From Rebecca billardiae RCC1528 (lineage: Eukaryota > Protista > Haptophyta), in the NCBI GenBank assembly GCA_965240325.2, contig OZ251245.1, forward strand, positions 1,302,001-1,366,000: a DNA stretch of 64,000 nucleotides, given 5' to 3'. The notes beneath the pieces were generated by a model. It worked only from the letters and a program-made list of their open reading frames with translations. It had not been told where the DNA came from and did not search any database. Of the stretch, positions 23,151 to 33,588 are shown one piece after another. The position numbers were made by a program, and so were the translations under genes. Position 1 is the first letter of the stretch; the number at the start of each line of letters is the position of its first letter.

Positions 23151-24373
23151 GAGGGCTGGGAGTGCGACCCCTCGTCGTCGTCGGTGTAGCAATCTGTGAA
23201 TTGTGATGTTAGATAGCTACTTCCTCGGTCTTAACCGAACCCTGTAAGTACGGCAACCTCCCGTCTGAGACTTGCACGAGAGCCAGTATGCCGAGTTCGT
23301 CAATCGCGCGGCACACACGAGCACAGATTAATATTTCGCCCAATCGCAACGCGCCATTCTGCCCATTCAGTAGTACACCCTATATTCACAAGATGATTTA
23401 CAAACTGGTAACAACTAACAACCCGCAACGCGAAGCGCGGTACAGTTTACTATGATTTAACGTGCACACTTGGTTAAGGCGTGATTAACGCCATCCAACA
23501 CTGCACAAAGACACCGTAGAATGATCCTCGCCGCATTGATCATGTCCCCCTCCTTGCGTCGTCAGCCAACCCACTACCGACTCGCCATGCGCCCGCGCCG
23601 CCGATCGCACTTCACCGCTAAGCCGTTCTCCACACCCTCTGCGCTGCAAGACTCCCCGATGGCGCGCTGCACAGGCGGCGGATGGGAGTGCCGCGCCGGC
23701 GCGCGAGACGTTTCGCGTCCCCGGGGGCGGTCACTGTGAGGGGGCCAGGCGCGAGCTACCCTGAGGCCAACCACTGCCCTCTCACGTCAGCAGAGCGTGC
23801 AAGCCTGAATCGAGCCACGCACGCCCCTTGGCATCGCCATCGACGTGTGTGATGCGAGGTGCAGCGCCCCTCACGCGCGGCCGGCTCCGCAGCCACCGGT
23901 TCCGGCACGACCGCACGGCACGCGGCCGACCGGCATGGCGGGGCGGAGTGTGCGCGAGCAAGGAAGACCGACGCTTGCTCGGAGCAAAGGGGAGGGGCAA
24001 GGGATGCGAGGACGCTCACTCCACCACGCTACAGAGCCTGTGCCGAGGTCGGTCGCACATGCGGCCAAGGCCAGAGGCGCCAGCGCCATGCTGAGCTCTC
24101 CATCGATATGGCCAGGGTACTAGGGTAGGGATATGGGGGTAGTGTAGCACGATGAAAGATTCCGCGCCCGCCGCCGCGCGCCCGCCGCCGCCGCCGCCCG
24201 GCATACTTTATTTATTTTTAAAGGCTTTTTTGTGGATGACGACGAAGCGGGGGGGCAGCCGTCGTCGGCGGACGGCGGGATGCGCGCTCGCCCGTTGGAC
24301 GGCACCGAACGCGGACGGCCGCAGCTGATCATATCGACCGCTCGTCGTCCTCGACCGATCACGAATCTCGACC

Positions 24374-25368
24374 ATGTCCCTCTCGCGCATGACCAGCCTC
24401 GTTGCGACGCGCGAGCTCGCTGCTCGCGCACCTCGCGCAATGCAACGTCTCTCCACCGCCGCCAAGCAGGTCGCGAGCGAAGGTGCGGCGCTCGCGCGCG
24501 CGCGCGCGCACGCGAGCCACCAGGCGCACGAGCTCACGCGCACGCGCTCACGCATGCCGTCCCCGCTGTGCCACGCACGCGAACAGAGCACGCCGAGTCG
24601 GGGCTTCTCCGCACACTTGAGCGCGCGGCGCAGCTCGAGAGCAAGCTCGGCAAGGTCGAGCCCCCGGGCTGGGTGGCCAACGTGGCGGACTCGGCCGTGC
24701 GCGCCAACATGACGGCCGGCAGCGCGCTGGAGAAGAGCATCCGCGCGGGCAAGGAGACCATCGACAAGACCAAGCTCGCCGCAAGCCAGGCGGGCGACAA
24801 GGCCAACCGCGCGGCGGGCCACGCGCTGGGCGACGCGGTGGAGACCGCCAACGCGGGCGTGACCAAGGCGGCCGACACGACCAAGGAGCAGCTCGGCAAG
24901 ACGATCGCCGGCGCCAAGGAGGCGGGCGACAAGGCCAACCGCGCGGCGGGCCACGCGTTTGCGGACGTGGTGAAGACCATGGGCGCTGGCGTGGCCAAGC
25001 TCGCTGACGCGGGCAAGGCGGCCGTCAGCAAGACCACTGCCACCGCAAAGACGGCCGGCGACAAAGCCAACAACGCAGCTGGCCACGCTGTCGCGGACGC
25101 CGCCGAGGCGGCGAGCTCGGGCATGAGCAAGGCGGCCGAGATGGGCGAGGCGACCATCCACAAGACGGCGGACGCAGCCAAGGAGGCTGGTGGCAAGGCC
25201 AGCCGCGCGGCAGGCCAAGCCGTCGCCGACGCGGCGAAGACGGTCAAGGTCGGCGTCCACCAGAGCATCGACGCCAGCAAGCAAGGTGTGGAGACTGGCT
25301 CGGCGCAGCAGGCGAACGTGATGGCCAAGCGACGGGCACCTGAGGCGGCGGCGTCGCGTGAGAAGTGA
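24374..25368 (+). CDS. LEA-like amphipathic 11-mer-repeat protein with a probable mitochondrial presequence; exons 24374-24482, 24587-25368
   Basis: accATG context; intron 24483-24586 (GTGCG...ACAG) restores the frame. A/K/T/D/E-rich, with AGDKANRAAGHA recurring every 44 aa. Arg-rich N-terminus ending RLSTAA. Confidence 0.75.
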
Positions 25369-25563
25369 GCACTAAGAGCATGCGCTGAACGAACTAAGGC
25401 GGCGGCGCGATGATGGGTCGTGCGCTCGCGAACGACGCGACGCGAAGAATACATCGTCGTCGTCATATCGACTGCTGACGGCTGCGCCCGCCTTGACACG
25501 CATCAGTAGTACACGACCGTCGCGGACCATGATGTGCAAGGGCAGCAACGGCATCGCATATAA

Positions 25564-25564
<1 letters not shown>

Positions 25565-25608
<44 letters not shown>

Positions 25609-25616
25609 TATATATA

Positions 25617-25686
<70 letters not shown>
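25565..25686. repeat. Compound (TA)n-(TTA)n microsatellite
   Basis: Seen directly in the sequence. Confidence 0.95.
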
Positions 25687-25856
25687 CCGGCGGCGCCCGC
25701 CCGGCCGTAATAATCAGCAGCTAGTTACGCTATCGTCCGCCGCATCATCATATACGTACTACGACTAGTGACGACTGCTGCTATAACGACACTCGACAGT
25801 CTTAAACGTCGACATACAGACTCGACGCCGTCGACGCGCGCCGTGGCCACGCCACC

Positions 25857-27446
25857 TCACACGGTCGCACGGCCGTCGTCATCAGCAAGGCCGAGCACGC
25901 CGGGCGCGCGGCGCAGCCACTCTTCGTGCAGCGCGCGGCTGCACACGGCACCCTCCTCGAGCTGCGCGCGCGTCTCCGCGCTCGTGTTGCCGTACCAGCT
26001 CGGGTTGAAGACGAACGCGCTCACCAGGTCCGCCTTCCACGCGCGCGGCATCACGCCCTTGCCCGCCGCGCTCGAGGGCTCGAGCCTGCGCCCGGCAGCG
26101 GCGGCACTCCGTGGCTGCCCGCCGCGCGCGCCCGCGTTGGGCCCCTTCGGCCGGTGCGCGAGCTCGCTCGCGCTCACGGCGGGCTCGCCGAGCAGCGCCA
26201 GCAGCCGGTCGGTGTGCGCGCGCAGGGCGTGTGTGAGCAACACGGCGCTCAGGCTGCCGAGCGCGGCCGAGATCGGCGCGCGCACGGCCGCGCACCCGCC
26301 CGGCGCGGCGTGCACGGCTCGCACGTACGCCGCCTGGCGCGCCATCGCGCCGAGCTCGAGCGCGAACCGCTGCGTCGCGTTCTCCAGCACGCGCGCCACC
26401 TCCGCGCCCCTCGGCGCGCCCGGCACGCGCGCCGCTCCCTCAAGCAGCGCCGCGATCGCGCCGCGCCGCTGCGAGCGCAGCGCGGCGCACTGCGCGCCGG
26501 CCGCGCCGTCGGCGGCGGCGCCGTGCGCGGCGGCGCACGCGCGCGCGGCGTCGTCGTCGAGCACGGCGAAGCTGCGCGCCAGGTTGCGCGTGTCGCGCAT
26601 CAGCGGCTGCGGCAGCGCCTGCAGCGCGAGGTTGCTCGGCCCCTGCGCCAGCTTGACGAGCCGCACGGACCCCTGCCACGCGCCGTGCTCGGCGCGCACG
26701 CGCGCGCCGTGCGGCCGCGGCAGCGCGGGCGGCTGGTCGAAGGCGCCGAGGAGGCCGGCGAGCACAAAGTCGGGGCGCAGCCGCGCGAACTGCTCGAGCG
26801 TGAGCCGCGGCCCCTGCGTGCGCGCGAAGAAGTGGAACCAGCTGATCGAGGTGGGCACCGGCGCGCGCAGCAGGCTCGCCGTCACCAGCCGCCAGCCCGC
26901 GCGCGCGAGCGGCGCGCGGAGCACGCCGAGGAGGCGCACGGAGCGCGTGAAGTCCTCGACGCAGTGCTGCTCGAGGAACACCCGCCTCCCCGCGCGCGCC
27001 CACGCCGCCTCGCCCGCGTCCAGCTGCCGCTTCACGAGCAGCGGCGACGCGCAGTAGTGGTACGGACACGCCCACCGCCCCGCGCGCAGCTCGCAGAAGA
27101 GCTTGCGCACGGTGGTGCCGCCCATCTTGGGGATGTGCAGGAAGGCGAGGAAAACGCGCGTCGCGTTCGCCGGCACGGGCCTCATGCCGCCGCGCGGCGC
27201 CGCGCGGACGACGGCGCGGGCGCGCCCGCGCGGCGGCGGCCGAGGCGGCGGCGGGCGCGGCGGCGGGTAGTGCGGCGGCGGCGACGGTGGAGGCCGGCGC
27301 GTCCGCGCCGCTGCGGGCACGCGCGCCACGCTACTCGCCAGCGTCTCGTGCTGCACCCGGCCTCGCGGCGTCCACAGCACGCCCACGCCCGCCAGCAGCA
27401 CGAGCAGGACGCCAGCCAGCGTGCGCGCCCAAGCCGCCGCCGCCAT
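25857..27446 (-). CDS. Type II membrane sulfotransferase-like protein
   Basis: N-terminal TM anchor, Pro-rich stem, 5'-PAPS-binding-like FLHIPKMGGTT and 3'-PB-like LLRAPVPTSISWFHF. ATG at 27446; the upstream track ORF extension is just (TA)n. Confidence 0.75.
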   Translation of the reverse strand: MAAAAWARTLAGVLLVLLAGVGVLWTPRGRVQHETLASSVARVPAAARTRRPPPSPPPHYPPPRPPPPRPPPRGRARAVVRAAPRGGMRPVPANATRVFLAFLHIPKMGGTTVRKLFCELRAGRWACPYHYCASPLLVKRQLDAGEAAWARAGRRVFLEQHCVEDFTRSVRLLGVLRAPLARAGWRLVTASLLRAPVPTSISWFHFFARTQGPRLTLEQFARLRPDFVLAGLLGAFDQPPALPRPHGARVRAEHGAWQGSVRLVKLAQGPSNLALQALPQPLMRDTRNLARSFAVLDDDAARACAAAHGAAADGAAGAQCAALRSQRRGAIAALLEGAARVPGAPRGAEVARVLENATQRFALELGAMARQAAYVRAVHAAPGGCAAVRAPISAALGSLSAVLLTHALRAHTDRLLALLGEPAVSASELAHRPKGPNAGARGGQPRSAAAAGRRLEPSSAAGKGVMPRAWKADLVSAFVFNPSWYGNTSAETRAQLEEGAVCSRALHEEWLRRAPGVLGLADDDGRATV

Positions 27447-27466
27447 CGTGCCGCGCTGAGGAATAT

Positions 27467-27469
<3 letters not shown>

Positions 27470-27523
<54 letters not shown>
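27470..27523. repeat. (TA)n microsatellite
   Basis: Seen directly in the sequence. Confidence 0.95.
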
Positions 27524-27526
<3 letters not shown>

Positions 27527-27970
27527 ACGACGTGGCAGCATCGGACAAGCGTCAGGCTCAGAGTGCAACAGACACATAGAATGCGTCCGCGCCTTCCGTC
27601 CAGGTCAGACAGTGCGCCACCCGCAGCCCTGCCCCCCTACGGGAGCGGGGCCGGGATGGAGCACCGCCTCGGCCTGGGGCACGCGGCGGCGACGGCAGAT
27701 GCCGCCGCGGCCGAGCGCCTTCCGGAGCACTTGGATGAGGGTGAGGTCGTAGTCGATGTCGCCGCCCGCCGACCTAGCGGCGAGCAGCTCCGGCAAGCGG
27801 CAGCCGCGGCTGTCGCCCCCGTGCGCCCGCGTGGGCGCCTGGATGAGGATGAGGTCGTAGTACGCGTCGCCGCGCGCCGGCCAAGCGGCGCGCAGCTGCA
27901 GAACTGAGGGGCTTGGAGAGTGAGCGCGCCGCCTAGCGCGCTCTGGGCGATGAAGCAGATGAGGTGGTAG

Positions 27971-28074
<104 letters not shown>

Positions 28075-28353
28075 ACAAATCAGTACGTTAACGCAATCTA
28101 CTGCTGCTGTCTACTGTCAAGGCACATGATGATGGCCGGATCAGCAAGTCAGTACCTGCCTGAGCTGTGATGTGCGTCTCTTATTCTTATAGTAATAGTA
28201 AATTCTGTAATAATATTATAATCGTCTCGCAATCGGATGATTGATGACAGATGACGAGGCCTGAGAGCTACTGCTAACTCTGCTAAGTGCTAGTTAGTGT
28301 GGCGTCTTACTTAAGTTGACTCTTATATATATTATTAGTTATAATATATTCTA

Positions 28354-30694
28354 CCAGGTCGTTCCCCGTGCACTGGGAATCCGCGGTTTCGCACTATTCA
28401 GAGCGCGAGGCCGCTGCATAGCAACGCAGATTTAGTCTTCCGCTTGCTCTATCAGACCACTTGAACGATCTAATCGAGCTTTCCAATTGAAAATGACGAA
28501 ACTACATCCATCCATTGGAGAAGCCAAATCCCGAGCGCGGCAAAGCCGTGGAAAGCAGTAATCAGCCTCGTCAGCGATAGTCCGCTCACGAAATCGATGC
28601 GCGCTGGAAATGAGTTCTTCGTGTGCAAGCGGAGGCGGGAGCCCTCCCGCGGGTGCGGAGCACCGATTCTGACCCGCCCCCTGCAGCCGGGCGGCGGCGA
28701 GTGCGATCGATGCCGCTGGCCCGGCGCTGGGGGGCGCGCCCGGGCCAGGGCGCTGCGGGCGCGGATGTGCTTGCGGAGCCGGCGTGCGTGGACGGGCTGT
28801 TGCGGGAGAGTATCTGCCGCCCTCCTGCGCCGCGCGGCTTGCGCCACGCCTCTTTCGCCTCGGCTCAGGGCAGCGCACACGCGCGCGCCGCCTCAAGGCC
28901 AGCCTTGCCTGCGCCGCAGCCGACCGCGGCGCGCGCCGTGCGCGGCGTGGTCGGGAAGGAACGGGCGCGGCTGCCGGGCGAGATGGCGACATCATGTGCG
29001 CACGCCATGCCGCCGCGCCACGCCTTGCCGAGCGTGTCGCCGGTCCGTTTGCACGCCTCTTCGAGTTGTCACAAATGGTGTCAGGTGTGCCACGGCCTCG
29101 CGGTCGTGACCGCTGGCTGGGGGGCGCGCCCGGGCCAGGGCGCTGCGGGCGCGGATGTGCTTGCGGAGCCGGCGTGCGTGGACGGGCTGTTGCGGGAGAG
29201 TATCTGCCGCCCTCCTGCGCCGCGCGACTTGCGCCACGCCGCTTTCACCTCGGCTCAGGGCAGCGCGCACGCGCGCGCCGCCTCAAGGCCAGCCTTGCCT
29301 GCCTGCGCCGCAGCCGACCGCGCGCGCGCCGTGCGCGGCGTGGTCGGGAAGGAACGGGCGCGGCTGCCGGGCGAGATGGCGACATCATGTGCGCACGCCA
29401 TGCCGCCGCGCCACGCCTTGCCGAGCGTGTCGCCGGTCCGTTTGCACGCCTCTTCGAGTTGTCACAAATGGTGTCAGGTGTGCCACGGCCTCGCGGTCGT
29501 GACCGCTGGCTGGGGGGCGCGCCCGGGCCAGGGCGCTGCGGGCGCGGATGTGCTTGCGGAGCCGGCGTGCGTGGACGGGCTGTTGCGGGAGAGTATCTGC
29601 CGCCCTCCTGCGCCGCTCGACTTGCGCCACGCCTCTTTCGCCTCGGCTCAGGGCAGCGCGCACGCGCGCGCCGCCTCAAGGCCAGCCTTGCCTGCGCCGC
29701 CAGCCGACCGCGCGCGCGCCGTGCGCGGCGTGGTCGGGAAGGAACGGGCGCGGCTGCCGGGCGAGATGGCGATATCATGTGCGCACGCCATGCCGCCCCG
29801 CCACGCCTTGCCGAGCGTGTCGCCGGTCCGTTTGCACGCCTCTTCGAGTTGTCACAAATGGTGTGCACGCGGCCTCGCGGTCGTGACCCTTGTCGGGACG
29901 ATCATTGAGACACAGAACAGTGCCAGACGGGCACGCGGGAAACTCTTACATGAATGTTCATCACTGCGTGGTCATGTAGAAGTGCTGGGTGCGACGCTTT
30001 CCTCGCGCGGATGCACTTTCATCATCTTCGTCGAGCTCAGGTCTGGCTTCAGGCACGACAAGAAATCAGCACTCGTCAACAGCTGTGCGGATCCGTTATC
30101 GTGCCCTTTCGCGGCGCCGCGGGGCGGCATGGCGTGCGCACATGATGTCGTCATCTCGCCCGGCAGCACCCCCCGTTCCTTCCCGACCACGCCGCGCACG
30201 GCGCGCGCGCGGTTGGCTGCGGCGCGGCAGTGCTCGGGCCTCGAGGCAGCGCGCGCGTGCGCGCTGCCCTGAGCCGCGGCGAAAAGAGGCGTGGCGCGAG
30301 ACGCGCGGCGCAGGAGGGCGCCAGATACTCTCCCGCGACAGCCTGTCCACGCAAGCCGGCTCCGCGAGCACATCCGCGCCCGCAGCGCCGTGCGGCGTGC
30401 CCCGGGCGCGCCCCGCCAACGGCGCTCGGCGGCCTTGCCACTGCCCGCCTGCCGCCGAGGGCAAAAGGTCAAGATTGGTCGGCCCTCGCCTGCCGAGCCG
30501 CCACCGGGGGCTCCGCCCTGCCTTCTATCTCGTTGCGGCTCAATTTTGGGATTGCGAGACCAGCTCATCGATTGACGCACATCCGCACCCGCGAGACCTG
30601 AAAATCTTATTCGCGGGTAGCGACGGGTGCGTCCTGCGGCTGTTTTTCTCGTATGTCCAAACCGCGGATTCCCAGTGCAGGGGGAACGACCTGG
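28354..30694. mobile_element. Non-autonomous DNA transposon with 36-bp TIRs and a probable TA target-site duplication
   Basis: TA|ccaggtcgttccccgtgcactgggaatccgcggttt (28354-28389) vs aaaccgcggattcccagtgcagggggaacgacctgg|TA (30659-30694), 1 mismatch. No transposase ORF. Confidence 0.85.
28726..29888. repeat. ~390-bp tandem repeat x3 inside the element, plus an inverted partial copy at ~30112-30416
   Basis: Units start at ~28726, 29116 and 29509. The reverse-complement copy (ggcatggcgtgcgcacatgatgtcg...cacatccgcgcccgcagcgcc) lies downstream. Confidence 0.9.
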
Positions 30695-30880
30695 TAGTCG
30701 TCTTATTATATTTATAATAAGCTAGTAGTAGTAAGTAGTAAATGAATATGTATAGTCACTGAGTACATGCGACTATACGTTATATATATATCAGTAGTAG
30801 TCATACTCATATAGTCATATACGTACCGTTATTACCGTAGTGTCACTAGCTAACAGTCTCACTCTAAGTCGCATCACTCA

Positions 30881-32066
30881 TCAGCGCGCACGAGCCGCAT
30901 GACGCCGCGCCATCTGGTGGGCGCGCGCGCGCGGGCGTGGCGTCACGCTGTACGACTGCACAAACCACGGCGCCATGTGGCTGTCGATCTCGTACTGCCA
31001 TATCAGCTCGCCCCAGCACTCGTCCGCGCGTGCGGCGCAGCCGGTGCCGGGCGCGCGCGCGAGCGCCGCGCGCCGCGCCTCCGCCACAAAGACGTTTGCC
31101 AGGTGCTGCGCCGCGCCCACCGCCTCGGCCGAGTGCGGGATGCACTCGGCGGGGCGGTGCTGCGAGGCGTTCCAGCCCCACTCGAAGATGGCCTTCTCCG
31201 GGTGCCACTGCACGCCCGCCACCAGCGCGCCGCCCGTGCGCTCGGGCCGCGCCTCCACCGTCGAGACGAACGGCGCGCCGCGCCTGTCCACGGACGTGGA
31301 CAGCGGCTCGAAGAAGGCGGCCAGCGCAGGGTGCGAGGCCAGCGCGCGCGGGCTGATGGCGTACTCGTGGTTGTTCATCGTGAGCGGGCGGCTGCTCAGC
31401 GCGCGGCGCAGCGGCTCCGCGCCCGCGCCGCCGAGGATGCGCGAGCTGCCCGCGGCGGGCGCCAGCGCCAGCGGCAGCGAGATGTTCCACGCATCGAACC
31501 CGCGGCCGAGCACCGCGTCGTCGGCTGAGACGATCTGCATCAGCCACTCGAAGCCTGGGGGACGGGGCGGCGGGGGCGGCGGGGGGCGGAGGCGTGGGCG
31601 CGGGCGCGCGGGGAGGCGCGCGCCACGCGCTCACGCCGCGCGGCTGTGCGCGGCGCGCACCGAGGCACGTGCCCCACACAGGCAGCGGCACTCCCGACGC
31701 GTGCCGCTCACGCGCCAGGCTCCACGCGAGGCGCACGGCGGGCGTGGGCGGGCCGGCGCCGCCCGGGAGGAGCAGCGCATCCGCGTATTCCATGAGCTCG
31801 CGCACCCTCGCCTCCGGGTCGTGCCGCCGGATCGGGATCGCGCGCGCGCCCGCCATCTCCACCCACTTGGCGTACGAGGCGGCGAGCGTCTCCGGCCCGG
31901 ACGGGTGGCTCTGCGTGAAGATGGCGACGACGGGGCGCGGGTCGGACTGCGGCGACGTGCCCGCGCAGCCGGTCACGAGCAGGGCGAGGGTGATCCGGCC
32001 GATGCGCCGGCTCGCGCCGTGTCCGCCACGCGCGGGCCGGCGGCCGGCGAAGATGCGCGTCATCAT
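30881..32066 (-). CDS. GGH: Gamma-glutamyl hydrolase (peptidase C26); exons 32066-31661, 31554-30881
   Basis: RPVVAIFTQ, AASYAKWVEMAGARAIPI, LLLPGG, PVWGTCLG|FEWL (nucleophile Cys), NNHEYAI, FVSTVE, GVQWHPEK (catalytic His). Intron 31660-31555. Confidence 0.92.
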
Positions 32067-33588
32067 GGCGTCACCGGCGTGCCGCTTCGCTGCTACTGCA
32101 CTGCAAATTCTGGAAACCCACGAGAACAAAGGCACGACTTCACGGGACCAGCCCGTCGCAGGCCTTTTTTTGACGCCCCGGCTGCGTCTGTTTGTCACCG
32201 GGTCACATATGCACAATTCGCGTACCCGCATAGGCGCTCGATAGGACAAAAGCCGCTCGTCGCTCGGCGCTTTGCGTACTTACATTCGCGCGAATGGCAT
32301 CGGCCCATTATTCGTCGTGTCGCGAGTTCACACTTGACATTCGAACGAACCGTTTCTTTCTCGCTAGACATTTCACGAGCGAAAGGGCGCGCTGATATTG
32401 ACACGCGGGTATCATCTTGCATTTGGACGAACGAGCGTCGGAGCAACCTCGCGCAGCAGTGCTTCCTCGACGTGCCGGGTCCGAAGGACGAGAGCCGAGA
32501 GCCCTCGAATCCAAGGGTCGCCCGCTCGTCTCGGTCGGTCCGACGAACGGCTCGCGTGCGGCGCCAGCGAGCGACGCGGGGCGCGCGGCGGGGGCACGCG
32601 CGAGGCTGCCCACCACGCGCACGCGCGCGAATCCGCCGGCTCGGGCGACACGCGCCGCCTCAGCTCGAGCACGAGCGCGAGGTGTTGCGACGGCCCGGTC
32701 GGGCGGCGAAGGGCTCGAGCTGCCGACTGCGCGCGACGAGCGGCTCGCGTGCGGTGCCAGCGGATGAAGCGGCACGCGCGGCGGGCGCATACGCGCAGGG
32801 CCGCCATCCACGCGCGAGCGCGCAACTGCGTGTTCCACGAGCTGCAGCAGGCGGCCGCGGGCTGGTCGGCGGACGGCAAGCGCTTGGGCGCCGGGCCACA
32901 CTCTCACTCACAGCGCAGGGCGTGGTGCTGCAGACGGGCCAGTCATTGCAGCGCGCACTCCGTGCCCAGACGTGCACACGCGCGCGCGTCGTCAGCCCCG
33001 CCGCTGCGCCCCTGTCGGGCGCCCATGGCAGCGTCGGAATTCCGAGCTCGGGCCACCGGCCGCGAGCTCTCCATAGTCCATCATGCGTTTCGGAAACAGG
33101 TTTCCAGCCCAAGTTGACGCGCAGCGCCAACCCATATTTCAACCGCGGACGACGCCGGTCGAGAGAGATCCCGGATTCATCCCGGAGCGCCAAGGACCGT
33201 CAGACCAAACTCAAAAGTGCCGGCGGAAAACCGGCGCAGCGAAGGCGCGAAGCACGCCGGCCCAGCGAGGCGATGGCGGCCAGTCGGCACTCGGCTCAGC
33301 CGCTGCTGCATGCAGGCGTCGCCCATCGACATCGTCACGACAATGCGCGTTGTCATCGTTCGATGATGCGCTATGGTCATGTAATGGGATCATACGAATA
33401 TATAAGCATGCTGTACACTCTCGGATTCCGACAGCAGCGCGCTGCGCAGCGCCCTTCATCGGATGCGCATGGCGCGGCATGTCAGCACCGTCGCGACCCG
33501 CGCGTGACGTGCTGCGCGGCCGCGGGCTGTGGCCGCCGTCCGGTCGGTCGATCGGCAGTCAGAGGCCGCTCCCGCTGCGGAGCACACG

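Noticed and set aside
19975-23189. 1013-aa and 1034-aa + strand ORFs
   Set aside because: Antisense shadows of the GC3-biased receptor gene; no domain motifs.
28432-30717. ORFs inside the TIR element as a candidate transposase
   Set aside because: They translate the tandem repeat; no DDE or HTH motifs.
32400-33500. Possible gene or pseudogene between GGH and the giant gene
   Set aside because: Short coding-like patches in inconsistent frames; no recognisable product.
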